Shown: positions 11,638 to 24,000 of the stretch, in pieces
Layout of the letters: the number at the start of each line of letters is the position of its first letter
Position numbering within the stretch: position 1 is the first letter of the stretch
Assembly: GCA_032718475.1 (NCBI GenBank)
Contig: JAUCBJ010006108.1
Location: 1 to 50,177 of the forward strand
Direction: 5' to 3'
Source of the DNA: Nemertoderma westbladi
Lineage: Eukaryota; Animalia; Xenacoelomorpha
DNA length: 50,177 nucleotides
Program-made: the position numbers and the translations under genes
The notes under the pieces: model-generated
Told to the model about the DNA's origin: nothing
The model's input: the letters and a program-made list of their open reading frames with translations, nothing else
Databases searched by the model: none

Positions 11638-13760
11638 TGTAAGGTCCAGTAGTATACCGCTTACCGGATCCTAGTAACGATGTATCTTACTGTAAGATCT
11701 AGTAATGTATACGGGCTCGTACAGTATCTGACAACAAATCCCAGTCCAGGATATCTAAACAAACAGATACAATACACAAACTACTACTGGCGAGGAGCAG
11801 AGCCTAGTGTCTATTCTATGTACGTGAGCGGGTCTAATGCCTACGAACTAGACAAAAGGATACCTGTCCTCTAACCGGTATGGCAGATGTACAGTTACAG
11901 TAACAGACCAAACTCACGGGAAAACAATCCCCGCGCAGCGAATCCTAACTATCGCTGACAGTCCTAAATACCGTAACTTGCCGCGGTGTGATTTATATGG
12001 TTTATATACGAGCTAGTGGGTTAACAGACCTAGCGTAACAACACTGATTCAGTCCTAAATCAGTCGAAAGAGGGTCGTGCCTAATGTAACAATACTGCTG
12101 AGCAGAAAACAACAGTTTAATAACGAAAATGAAATACTCTCTTTTTGCCGTAACTAAATATCAGATCCTAAATTTACAAATACAGATAAATTCTGCCTAA
12201 AAGTAATCTAAAGTATGCTATAACTAGTAGAACTCTAAGGGTAAATATGTTTTAGGGCGTGTGTGTGTGGGTGTGTTACAATAAAACAATTTTGGTGTAT
12301 ACCTTTTCACTAGGTTTTAGTGATTTTCTGACCGAAATGATACCGTGCGCTAGCTACTAAAATAAGCTAGTCGCGTTTTGTAGAACTTTATACTTACAAA
12401 TGACGTCAAAGCACTCTCCTTCCTATCCACAACTCAATGGGCAACCACGGTGTTAGTAACTACACCCGTGATCGGCACTAATACCAGATTCTGGTTGTAA
12501 GATAAGAAATAGGGGTTAATCGCTACCGTACGTTAGCTGATCTGGTATACAAATTTGATTCTAGAACTTTGTTGCCGCGGTAGTTAGCAGCAATACCTAT
12601 CAGTACGTGGCAAGGCACGGTAGGATATTAATAAAACCTCCCTAGGCCAAGCGGTGTGCCGGTAGCAGAAATACTCCTTGCCTGATCAAATAACTAACTT
12701 CAGGCAGGGGGGGGGGAGTACTAATGTATGTTCTACAAAGCGAACCGGTACCAAACAGTCAGTACTACGAATCACTAAATTATGGAACATATGCTGTCCG
12801 TACCTATGTACTCGCGTACTGACGAACGGCAATAGTTCGCACCTGTGAGAAATACAGGTTAACCCAGGGGTTCGCAGGACTGACAAAGGGGGTTTCTGCC
12901 TAAATATAATTATTTGATCCTAAATTTTGCGGCGTCCAGGACGGCGTCACGCTTACCCTGATCTATAGGTCTTGCGTCGGGCAAGGGCGTCGAACAAAGT
13001 CTTAACTTCCTCGGAAGTCGGGCGCTGCATGGCAAGTTGGAGTATTTCGTAGGGCGAAGGGGGTACGCGGTCAAATCTAATGTGGGCCCTAGCGTGTTGT
13101 GGACATCTTTCCCCTGCGTTGCTGACGGCCTAACGGTCTAGGCTGCCATCTTCCCGATGTTTGGCTGTCCCAAAGTTGGACCAAAAGAAAACATGTTCAG
13201 GAGTTTGCAGTGTATTTACAGTTTAGCAAAGATTTATCAAACAGAATTACAAAATAGTTTCAACAAGAAACAAATAACTAAGAAGTAAGTCAAGCGAAAT
13301 TTTGAGACAAGTGAAGTACAATTGGTTTACAAGAGTGATAACCGAAGGCAAACCAGCCCTTTATATACTAAATCTGGGACATAGAATCCACTAGAATCTT
13401 CTAGAGTATTCCATGGCCTCACATTGGAGCAATAAGATATTCCATGCCCTATGATTGGCCCAACTCATCGTTCGATACGTTGTACGCACCTCATTGGCTT
13501 ACCAATCTGTACCAAATGAAAATAAATGGCCCCAAAATACAAATTTCCCAACCGGGATTCGAACTCGTAACCTATCTGTAATGTAACCAACGCCTTAACC
13601 ATCTGACCACTACGCCACGAGAGTAACTAGGGGTTTTATGTATTCAAATATGAATAGGCATATTACATTACTGTAACTTAATCAAAATGCGTCGGATTTT
13701 CAAAAGTTTTTACGTTAAAGTTAAACTACAAATGCTATCTTATAGTGAAATAATTCATCA
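11638..13760 (-). repeat. 3' LTR of the BEL element (2123 bp)
   Basis: Direct repeat of 31108-33237; roughly 30 differences by manual count (~98.5% identical), including a poly-G length difference. Confidence 0.97.
13545..13616 (-). other. tRNA-derived sequence with Pol III A/B boxes inside the 3' LTR
   Basis: GGCGTAG-TGGTCAGATGG(A box)-TTAAGGCG...GAGTTCGAATCCC(B box)GGTTGGGAA. tRNA spacing, but acceptor and anticodon stems do not pair. Confidence 0.6.
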
Positions 13761-14287
13761 CCGCTCCATGAAAACAGTAAGTAAGACTGTTTTCACCAAT
13801 CGAAATACAAAACATTTACAAACTACTTCTAAATCTACTGGTGGGGCCTAAAATATAAAATAATCACTATCTAATTATTGCATACTTAATATTGCAGATA
13901 CGGCGTAAATACAATCGATCATACATACAAAATACAAATTTACAAATTAACTTTAGTGCCTAAAATACAAAAAAGGCTTTCGGTTATCAAGATAAACAAA
14001 TTAAACAAATCAGAACAAAATAAATCAAAACAAATCGAACAAATAATTGTAACTCCTTCAATAAATCTTTATATATTGTAAATATACATAATAAATTCAC
14101 CAAATTAAATCAGTTCAAATATAAAATAAACATAAGGCGCTAATAACTTCCAAATAAGTCTTAAAGTGTCCCTTTGACGATATGAAAGTTCGTCCTGCTG
14201 GTCTGGATATCTTCTCCTGAGCACTAATTGCTAACGGTAGGCTCGCAAGCCTTCCTTCTCTCGCTCCTCCAAAACCAACGTCTGACA

Positions 14288-14391
14288 TAAATACCCAAAT
14301 ATAATATCCAAATATAATATCCAAATATAATATCCAATATAAATATCCAATATAACATCCAAATATAATATCCGAATATAAATATCCAAAT
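14288..14391. repeat. ~12-13-bp tandem array (ATCCAAATATAAT-like) in the BEL 3' non-coding region
   Basis: About 8 imperfect units, flanked by two copies of the 20-nt motif. Confidence 0.85.
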
Positions 14392-15353
14392 CGGTAGGCT
14401 CGCAAGCCTTCATTCTTCTCGCTTTCCTATTCCTTCACTGAGCGGGCTCGTCCACGTCCTCTATTGCGATTGGGTTATGGTCGAGGTCGAACTGGGCTCG
14501 GACTTCGGCGTCGAGTTGTCGGTGGTTCCAAAACGCTAGGAAAGGGGACAACGGGAGTTTCGCACATCCGTCGTGCGCTCAATCATCTAAATCCTCGTCC
14601 GATTCCAATGGTCGACTTAGTATCGGATCGAGTCTCCACAATGCTAGGAGGAAGTCGAAAAGGTGGGACTGTTCCGTCCGCTGACACCTCGCTCTCTGAC
14701 GTCGTTTGGGTTCTAATGGGTTCAGGCAAAGCGTATCCTGTCCCTCCGCGTGGTTCTCTAGCAAGGGAAACCGTGCCCCAAGTCATCCGGATTTGCGACT
14801 TCGATGTCATCCTCTCGGCGACATTTACTACCTTCTTTATCTCTTGTCCGGCCTTCTGGGCTTTGAGTATACGAAATTGCTGATCATCCTGTGGGTGACG
14901 CGTCTTCTATGCTAACGACGTGGCCTTGAAGCCAGTCTCACGCAAAACGTCGGTCTCGTCCAGAATACACGAGGTTACGCGTTTGTGATAAAATGCGCTC
15001 CGGTATGCCCAAGCTATCGAATGCCAGGCTCCTCGATTCCGCTGTTCAACTTGCAGTTTATCGAATTCTCCGGCGGTAATCTTGTTCACCACAGTTTGAA
15101 AGTTCCAAGTATTCTTGTTGTCGGGGTGCACCTGTAAGAAATAGTCCCGCACAACTTTGAATCCGCTGTCCAATGGCAATATATCCAGCACCTCCAACAA
15201 TTCATCATACTGAGGCATAGCCGATACATATCCTTCCTTTGACATTATGAGAGGGTTTACGGCCCAAAATCCCAAATGTGCTCTCATAGGGAAACGGCGT
15301 CGCTGCGTCGATACATGCTCGTCTGCTAGATCCTCCCAATGGTCGAATAGCTG

Positions 15354-18173
15354 TCAAACGATTTTAACTGACATGTGCTCATAGGGGACGTCTCTAAGTT
15401 GACATTCGGATGCCCTATGGCCCTTAATATTACAATAAGTGCACTGCGCCACGAAACGCCAGCAAGTGTAGAAAGTGTGCGAACGTTGATCCCCGCACCA
15501 GTTGCATACTAATTCTGGTAGAGATATGTGCTTCGCCCCGCATTTCTTTGCGTGATGGCCAGTTGCCCCGCATCTGCCACAAATAGTGTTGGCAGGGTAC
15601 CAAACTCGCTCATAGATGAGATCTCCGATGGGGCAAGCGCTACCGTCCACGTGATAATTCTCATCATCCGGGTCAGTCGGTATGTTCGTCTCCGTAGGTT
15701 GTACACAAACCATGGCATCGCTTTTCTCCAACTCGCGTATCTCAGTTCGCGTCTTCCTCGGAAGGTTCTCCTCTATCTCTATGAGTTGCCGCAACGGTTC
15801 ATCTATTAGCACCAACTCGGTCAGATCCACATCGTCGTGATGGGCGGTAGGCTCGCGAGCCTTCCAGGATCCTTCCGGGCGTTCGAATTCCGCGTGGCGT
15901 TCCCCGTCGTAGGGTACTAATGTTAACATCGACGGTCTGTCGACTAGACTTCCCGTGTGAGTGAGATAGACGTCCCTGAAAACGCTAAGTCGCGCTTGCG
16001 TGAAAACTTCGCAGTGCGCATCGGTGTTATAAAAGGGTTGGAGAAATCGTCGGAATACATCAGTATGCATCCTTCCTCCATCGTAAAAGGTATGTCCTTC
16101 GCCGAGACATAACGGGTGTCGCTTTAGGGTTCTGGATACTACATCCACGATGAAACAAACGTTAACCGAAGATTCTATCGCTAAATAGTATTGCAAGATT
16201 ATTCGCGGAGGTGAAGTAATCGCCCAATACACGCAACCTCGCCACTTCAACTGTGACTCGAACTCGTTTACGCCGGGGGTATCTCCCTCTCCGTATACGT
16301 CCGTGTATTTGCTCCTCTTACTCTCCTTGTAATCCCAACTGAACATTAGATATGAGATATAACCCGTCCCAGTTTTTAGCGTGTTATATTCCCTAAAGTA
16401 TCCTTGCTCGATAGCCCAAAGCAACAATGGTCTAGTATCCACGTATGGCGTAGGCAATCGGTCCTCTTCCGTGGGCATTCCCGCAAAATCGCTAATAAGG
16501 TCATCCCGTACACCGGATCCGATCTTGACGATGCTCTTGTCCAACACAACGTCTCGCACGGTCTTTGGCAACATCCTAGCTTCTATGCTACAAGCCAGGT
16601 CCATGGATTTAACTATCCGTTTTATCATCGCGTGTCTTTGCGTCGTTCCTTCCGGCATAGGCATCTTTCTATCACTCCTCTGTCGGCTGAAGACATGTAA
16701 CACGCCATCTGGTGCTCTAATCTGTATAGTCTTTGAAGTGAGGCTTTGCTGATGGCTTCCTCCTTCATTATCGTAAAACATATAACCATTCTCCTTTAGA
16801 GATCGGCTAGTCACGTCCCAATCGTCGAGTAAATCGTCGGTAGGGTTCCAAATTCTCCCAATCGACTTTTCATCATCGAAACTAATAAGTTTACCAGTCC
16901 AATTGGTCGCGATATCGGTGTCGGTCTCAAACGTTCCAACTCCGATCCATAATCGAATCGTTCTCGTCAGATATCCTCGCAAGATACAAGGTGCGATATC
17001 CGTCCCCGCACGATCCACTTCCTTAAAGTCCGTAATATGTGGAGGCACGTTGCGTACGATTTTTTGAACTATTACTTTACGCAACTCGGCTGACTCTAAC
17101 ACATCACCAAAGGTAACCGATGGGAGGAAATCCAGGTTCGAAATGATCTCCAGGTGTTCAACTATAGGGATCTCGTAAGTTGTCTCCTTCCGGGTCGGTA
17201 TACTAATAGGAAAACTAGTTGGTCTCGCAACCAGTACTATCGCTCCAGTAGAATGGGGCTGAGGTTCTCGCGTCATCTCGATATGAGGTATCTGTAGTCT
17301 CTGCGACAAACGCTGAGCAAAGGTGATACTATCGAAGAGCTCGGGTGTCATCTCCTTGGGTTCGGTTTGATCGTGGGATATCCAATAGAATGGTAGGCTC
17401 GCGAGCCTTCCGCCGAACTCCTCGATATCGCCTTTCTCGTACGCCCTGTAGAGGCTCAAAGCTTCCCGTTTCTCTTGTGTCGACTTATTAGACTCGTCCA
17501 CTACCATGCTGTAGACGTCTGGTTCGACTAATTTAGGTTCGTAAATAACGATCTCACCCGCATTCGGTCCACTCATTTTAAACGAATGGTACGGATTTGT
17601 CAAAGGGTATCCGCCTTCTTGGTAACGTAGACTTTGGTGGTGTGAACATCGCGCTAATATCGGCTCGGGGTTCTCCGAGTTCAACCGCATAGGAATCGCG
17701 TTGTCTTGCTCACGCATACACGCTCCACATTTATAAAACAGTTTGTATATGGAGAACGCGTCCTTTGTCTCTGGATCCGCTCCTCGAGCGCGTCTATAAA
17801 GATGCATTCCTTCGAATTCGTCTCTAGCTGCAGGTAAAGGTTCATTTACCGTCAAATATTGCAGCGTATGATACAATCGGCGTATCTCCGTGTCTGGATC
17901 CTCGCAAATGTCGCTAGCGTCGCATAACGCATCGTAGGGATATAACGCATTGAACTCCGCACGTAATTCCTCCGTTCTTTTGTTATATGCGTCCAACCGC
18001 TGTCGCGTAACATTCGGGTCCGCCTTGGATTTAGCGAGCGTGGCTGTACTCCTAGCCATACTCTCCACTCCAAACACACTAAAGTTTTTAGCTCCATAAC
18101 GATTAAATGGCGCCTGGTGCTCTTGTTCCTGCGTAAACCCTTGACGTAACTCCTTATACATCTTCTCCACCAT
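15354..18173 (-). CDS. BEL accessory ORF2: DEDDy (WRN/EXD2/MUT-7-like) 3'-5' exonuclease plus three CCHC zinc knuckles; same frame continues through two stops to ~14583
   Basis: ExoI FYDNEG; IQIRAPDG; LPKTVRDVVLDKSIVKIGSGVRDD (ExoII); YVDTR; ExoIII-like W....PRIILQYYLAIE. Knuckles CGRCGATGHHAKKC, CNWCGDQRSHTFYTC and CTYCNIKGHRASEC. ORFs 14907-15287 and 14583-14810 are in the same frame. Confidence 0.78.
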   Translation of the reverse strand: MVEKMYKELRQGFTQEQEHQAPFNRYGAKNFSVFGVESMARSTATLAKSKADPNVTRQRLDAYNKRTEELRAEFNALYPYDALCDASDICEDPDTEIRRLYHTLQYLTVNEPLPAARDEFEGMHLYRRARGADPETKDAFSIYKLFYKCGACMREQDNAIPMRLNSENPEPILARCSHHQSLRYQEGGYPLTNPYHSFKMSGPNAGEIVIYEPKLVEPDVYSMVVDESNKSTQEKREALSLYRAYEKGDIEEFGGRLASLPFYWISHDQTEPKEMTPELFDSITFAQRLSQRLQIPHIEMTREPQPHSTGAIVLVARPTSFPISIPTRKETTYEIPIVEHLEIISNLDFLPSVTFGDVLESAELRKVIVQKIVRNVPPHITDFKEVDRAGTDIAPCILRGYLTRTIRLWIGVGTFETDTDIATNWTGKLISFDDEKSIGRIWNPTDDLLDDWDVTSRSLKENGYMFYDNEGGSHQQSLTSKTIQIRAPDGVLHVFSRQRSDRKMPMPEGTTQRHAMIKRIVKSMDLACSIEARMLPKTVRDVVLDKSIVKIGSGVRDDLISDFAGMPTEEDRLPTPYVDTRPLLLWAIEQGYFREYNTLKTGTGYISYLMFSWDYKESKRSKYTDVYGEGDTPGVNEFESQLKWRGCVYWAITSPPRIILQYYLAIESSVNVCFIVDVVSRTLKRHPLCLGEGHTFYDGGRMHTDVFRRFLQPFYNTDAHCEVFTQARLSVFRDVYLTHTGSLVDRPSMLTLVPYDGERHAEFERPEGSWKAREPTAHHDDVDLTELVLIDEPLRQLIEIEENLPRKTRTEIRELEKSDAMVCVQPTETNIPTDPDDENYHVDGSACPIGDLIYERVWYPANTICGRCGATGHHAKKCGAKHISLPELVCNWCGDQRSHTFYTCWRFVAQCTYCNIKGHRASECQLRDVPYEHMSVKIV

Positions 18174-18914
18174 CGTATACGCATATATATGGTTACATAT
18201 CGTTACGTTTCTACTAGATGAAGCACAAAATAGAGGTTAGATGTGAGGTGACTTAGAGTTTGTCGGCTTTTGGCTCAACTCTGCTCTAAACCCCAACCCA
18301 TTTGCCTAATGACTTCGGGTTCGTGTGATTTCGCACTGGCTCCTAATCCAAAAAAATAGTGCCGATAAAAAACGAATTCCGGGTAAACTAGCCGTGAGTC
18401 TAAAATACTCACCTTTTAATTTCCCACGCTACATTCCCAAAAGAAAATAGTGCAGTCGAGAATTAATTTGGTCTAAATAATAGTAGACACGACTACGTAG
18501 AACAAGGCCGGTTTTCTTTTTCCAAAAAAAAAATTTATCGGTAGGCTCGCAAGCCTTCCATCCGCTCTTGTCCTCCCCAATTTTAATTTTTATCTAGCTG
18601 TATTCTAGAATTTGCATTCACTGGAGAATCATTTTTCTTAAATTTAAATCCAAATAAATGGATTTGTCTAATAATTTTTGAAAAATTGTCTCACTTGTGG
18701 GTTCCAAGTGGAATTCCATTCCTACTGTACACACAATCCCGCTCCTATGTGATACATAAGGGTACTACCCTCCATGTTAACATATAAAGACAATGGAATT
18801 CCACCGCTGTCTCTATCTACAGTGAAGAGGATTACAAATGCACATACAGTAATACAAAATATAAAATTACTAAAATACGGTAAAGCTATGTGGCGGCCAT
18901 CAAAGGTCCCACAT

Positions 18915-21070
18915 CTATTTACTAATATTGGGTGGAGATTTGTAGTCTCCTGTCTCGTTTCTAGTTTCCTCTAGGAGTACGAGACGTTGTACAGGCCTAT
19001 CTACAGTACGCCCGTCGATAGTCCTTACAGTAACGGTCCTTACTACACCAGATGTAGGGTGTGTGGTCAAAATGACTCCAGTCAGCCAAAACCGTCTTTT
19101 CAGATTAGCTTCAGCCAATAAAACGTGGTCACCACGTCTCAAACATCGTGTATTTAGATACCAAGAGGTTCTGGTCGAAATAGAGGGCAAATAATATTTC
19201 TGCCATATTTCCCAGAATTTATTTGCAAGTAGTTGAGTGATTTTCCAAGCCTTGTTGCCGTATCCGTCACTATCAACGGGTACCGAAATGGGCAACAATG
19301 TCGTCGGCGCCTGCATAAGCAGGTACGCTGGTGTCAAGGCAAACTGTACGTCGTTATTGTCTGGGATCAAAGCGATTGGTCTAGTGTTTAAGATCGCTTC
19401 GATTTCTATTAGTAACGTCGTCAGTTGGTCGTCTGTCATAATGTGTTGCGTCGGTATCACTTTAGCCATAGCTGTTTTTATTGAGCCAATCAGCCTTTCC
19501 CAAACGCCGCCTCTCCACGGACTGTCTGGAGTATTAAAATTCCAAACAATACGGTGAGGACGTAGTTCCTCGGAAATCTGGTTTTGGTCCAACTTTCTCA
19601 AAGCTCTGGTTATCTCGTTCCATGCACCCACAAAGTTTGTCCCTTGGTCACAGTAAATGGATTTGACCAATCCACGTCTAGCGATAAATCGCCGTAAGGC
19701 TAGGATAAAGGCATTGGTGGTTAAATCTGTCACACGCTCAATATGGACAGCTCTGCTGGCCATGCAAGTGAAGATCAATCCCCAACGTTTTACCTGTACC
19801 CTTCCGCGTTTCGCGATTATGGGTCCAAAACAGTCTATCCCCGTCTCAGTGAAAGGGGGTCTAAACGCCTGTAATCTAGCTAGTGGTAGTTCACTCATTT
19901 CCTGGTGTCCTATCCTCGCGTGCACCTTCTTACAAATCATACAGTTCCGTGTTACCGAACTCAGTGCCTTACTAGGTCTAATCAGTACAAACCTCGAGCG
20001 TAAGTGTGATAGACAGTGGTGTCTACCCACGTGTTTGAGTTGTACATGTACGTCCAGTATCATAGCGCGCTGTAATTCGTGGTGTTGCGGTATGATGATA
20101 GGATACCTAAAGTCAAGTGCGAAGTCGATGTTTTGGAGTCTGGACTTGTGACAAAGTAAGCCCCGGTAAATAATCGGACTCCAACTCAAAATCGGTGAAG
20201 ACTTGATCTGTTTACCTTGGTTGATCGCTGTGAATTCTCGTGCGAAATATCGCAATTGATAATGTCTAATGATATCAACTTCACAATGAACAACTTCCTT
20301 TAAGGTAAGTCTTCTAGGAAAGTCGCGTTTGCCTCTGGCATATTGTCTCAATCGTTTGAGCCATGCTAACTTGCGGCACGCGTCAGTCCATGATCTAGTT
20401 AGGTTTACTATCCGGTCAACGTAAGTGTTAGTGACGTCATCAGGTAAGGTGTAGTCGTAGTATGGATACTTGTCTGGACTTGGTAGGCCCACGGGCCTTC
20501 CGGTAGGTTTGTCTGAGTCCCAAAGTACGTCAATCTTTACGGTCTTACCTTTACCGTCCGCACCTAATGTGTCGATTGGCAGTAACGGTTTCAACTCTAC
20601 AGTACCAGTGTGTTCCTGTGAGCCTGTAAGCTTCCTAACCTTAGTCACACGTTTAACTGTAGGTGGTAAGTCAAGTACTTTCTTTGAGCGGAGTGTGATC
20701 GCTGTGGCCACACCTTTGTCGTCCAAAGAAGTCAAATTTGGTAAGTTTCTAAATGTCCGCTCCAATGGGTCTTTTAGTGGAGTGTCTGGTAGACAGTCTG
20801 GTGAAGCGTCCGGTGAACAGTCTGGTGAGACGTCTGGTGAGACATAGCGCGGAACTTCCAGCGAAATGTCCTGTTGTCGGCCCCAAAGTCTGTCTGGCGT
20901 AACTTCTGTCAGAAAGTCTGGTTCAAAGTCTGGTGGACAGTCTGTCGAGATGTCTGGTGGAAAGTCTGGTGAGACGTCCGGTAGACAATCTGTCGAGAGT
21001 TCCATAAAACAATCTGGCGAACAATCCGGAGAACAATCTGGTGTCGCTTCTGGTGAATAATCTGGTGAGT
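18915..21070 (-). pseudogene. pol: BEL pol C-terminal part: SPDx linker and integrase
   Basis: HHCC finger (HVQLKH...CMIC), GIDCFGP, IYCDQGTNF, GGVWERLIG, C-terminal GVVRTVTV..RPVQRL. Joined to the upstream frame by an apparent 1-bp deletion near 21071 (GAT[T]ACTCA). Confidence 0.93.
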
Positions 21071-24000
21071 ATCTGGTGAACAATCCGGCGAAACGTCTGG
21101 TGAAATCTCCCGCGGAACATCCGGCGAAGGATTCATACAAGCGTCTGGTCGAGTGTCTGGTGAGACGTCTGGCGTAATGTCAGGTCTGGCGTCCAGGTCA
21201 TCAGATTTCGTCCGTCCTTGTTTCCTCTTGACCTTGGCGTTGGCTTTCGCTTTGGACTTGACAACCTTGTCGATTTTTATCTCGGCACCTTCTGGTATGG
21301 TGTTGGTTGTCGCGTCGAATAACGGTGGCCATTCGTCTGATGGTCGCTGTAGGAAATCGGGTCCTCTAAACCAAAAGGATTTATTGTCCGGTTTACAAAA
21401 GTCAAGCGGTTGCATCCCCCGCGACGCGATGTCAGCTGGGTTCAGCTTTCCTGGACAGTGACGCCAATCTTGTTTGAGCGACCGGTCTAGTATTTCAGCC
21501 TGTCTGTTGGCTACGAAAGTCTTGAACTCAAATGCTTCGTTGTTTATGTACCAAAGTACCAACGTCGCATCCGTCCAATATGTGACCTTCAAGTTAGCCT
21601 CCAGCTCGCGTTGAACTAGACTGACAATATCTGTGGATATCGTCCTGGCTTGCAGCTCTCCACGAGGTACAGTCATATACTTCAATGGCATTGTTCTAGC
21701 CTTTGAAGTAACGAAAGACACATCGTAGCTGTCCGATGTCACTTGTCGTCTAAGGTATAAGGTAACCCCCAATCCATCCTTGCTAGCGTCACTAAAGCTG
21801 TGAAGCTCTAAATCGGCTGGAAAGGTGGTTTGTAAAGGAAAGTATACCCTCGGTATGGTATAGTCTTGTAGGAACGTCAGTTGGGCTTCCCAGTCCCTCC
21901 ATCGCTCAGCTAACTTTTCTGGGATGGGATCATAAAATTCCAGTCCGGCTTGCCAAATGCTGCGGAGTATGATCCTAGCATGTAGGATCACTGGACTAAT
22001 GAAACACAATGGGTCATACAATCGACTCATGGTCGATAAGCAAGTCCTCTTTGTGAGAGGTCTAGTCTGGTCGTTGGACCTTACACGTACCCTAAAATTG
22101 TCGGTGTTAGGGTCCCAACTAAGTCCTAATAATTTGGTCGTCGGCAGAGGTTCTAGGTCTAAGTCCAAGTCACCTCCACTGCGATCCGTCGAGTCAAATG
22201 AGTTCACCAGCTTGGGTTCGTTGGAAGCGAACTTCGTCAGGTGGAATCCGCCCTCAGCGAGACAATCCTGGAGTTGGTGTGCTACGGTTGTAGCGCGCTC
22301 CAAGGTGTCACAACTCTTGAGGCCGTCATCCACGTAGAAATCTCGTTCCACTGTCCGAACTACTTCTGGGTCAAATTGGTCTCGTCTGTCCAATGCGGTC
22401 TGCTTTAAGGCGTACATGGTGCAGTTGGGGCTGTCCCTGGCTCCGAATACTCTTACCTGCATTTGGTAAGTTTCTGGCGGAAGTTGAAAGTTTCCGTCCG
22501 GATACCAAAGAAATCTCAAGCTGTCCCTGTCCCGCTCCAAAGCCTTAACCTGGTGAAACATGGCCTCTACGTCACAGGTGAAAGCCACTTTGCGTTGTCT
22601 AAAACGCATTAGGACTCCCATGAGGTAATTGTTCATATTCGGCCCGTCCATCAGTTCGCTGTTCATAGACATCCCTTGGTAAAGCGCAGCGCAGTCGTTG
22701 ACTACACGCACCTTGCCAGGTTTGTCCGGGTGTCGAACAAAATGATGTGGCAGGTAATATGTCTGGTCTGTGGTTACCTCGGGATTTAACATCCTAATGG
22801 CGTATCCCTTTTGGAGATACGTCTGAAGTTGTGCATTGTATTGCATATGGGCCGTCTCGTCTCGCAACAATCGCTGCCTTATTGATTTGAGTCGCCTCAA
22901 AGCAAGCGGGTAATTGTTAACGAGCTTAGGTTGTCCATTGCGCCACAACATACCAACCTCATAGTGGCCATTCGCGGTCTGGCGAATGGTATCTCTCATA
23001 ATATTTAATGACCGTTTTTCCTGTTCTGACATAGCGGTCTCGTAACTACCGGGTTCTGCTGAATCCTGTTCCAACCATTGAATGGTCCGTTCAGTCAGCA
23101 GTCGGTCTAGCGCTGCTTGCACTGCGCCATGGTCCTCGTCCACGTCTTCGTCCGCTGCGGTGGCTAGTGTCAATGCGTCTGGTAGGCTCGCAAGCCTTCC
23201 GGTGTCACTAGTCGGCGTCGAATCGTCGTGCGGCGGTTTGACAACTTCTTGATCTATCGGTAGGCTCGCAAGCCTTCCAAGATCAACGACCGGAGTCGAA
23301 GCCTGGTGGGTGGGGTCAATGACCTTTGGATTTTTCGGTAGGCTCGCAAGCCTTCCAAAATCCTCGTTCATCGAGTCATCCACGGCAACAACCCTTTGGT
23401 CTTCAGTAGTCAATACAACCTGGTTTGCTGCAAGTAGTTGTAAGTCAGAGGTCCGTGTGGTCGTGTCCAGATCAGTTACGTCAGTATCGGTGGCATCTAC
23501 GTTGGTGACGCAAGTCTGTCGTAGTGCCGTCCGTACAATTGGACCACGGGAGTGTGAAGGAGAATTATCTATATTGTTAGTCAATAAACTACACGTACTC
23601 AAAACGTCGTCCTCCTGGTCATATACCTCTAGTGAACGTATTGGAGCTCTAGTATACCAACCTATGGGAGTTCTACATGCGTAGGGGTTGCCCGCTGTAA
23701 TAACAGATGGGCGTGTCTCCCATACCTGATGTAAGTTAAACTGGTCTGTCCCAATTAACATCGCAATTGAACGATAATTAACAGGACATTCCGGTATTCC
23801 AAGGTGTCGGAAATACTTATGATCTTCCGGTGATTGCTCTGGCACAGGGCCGAGCAAGTTACTAAAGTCCTTCGTAGCTGCAAAGGTCAAATTTCTTACC
23901 GGAAGTAATGAGCGCTCCTCCTTGCTGTGTTCCGCTTTGGAAAGAAGAGTGTCTAAGGTTAGTTTTACTCTTGTCACAGGGATCGCTCTCTTTCCATGCA

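Noticed and set aside
13545-13616. Functional tRNA gene
   Set aside because: Acceptor, anticodon and T stems do not pair; only the promoter boxes are tRNA-like.
15348-15356. TGA-CAG-CTA at the ORF2 stop matches the CARYYA readthrough context
   Set aside because: The element has several other in-frame stops (14907, 24107, 24635) that look like decay, so CGA>TGA mutation is simpler. Would be revived if sister copies conserve the stop.
15354-18173. Envelope glycoprotein
   Set aside because: No signal peptide or transmembrane helix; exonuclease and knuckle motifs instead.
21060-21080. Programmed frameshift between RNase H and integrase
   Set aside because: No slippery heptamer; explained by loss of one T within a 12-bp repeat unit.
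23181-23356. CRISPR-like array (palindromic 20-mer at a regular 78-bp spacing)
   Set aside because: Eukaryotic retrotransposon context, spacers related to each other (tandem duplication), in-frame coding and no cas genes.
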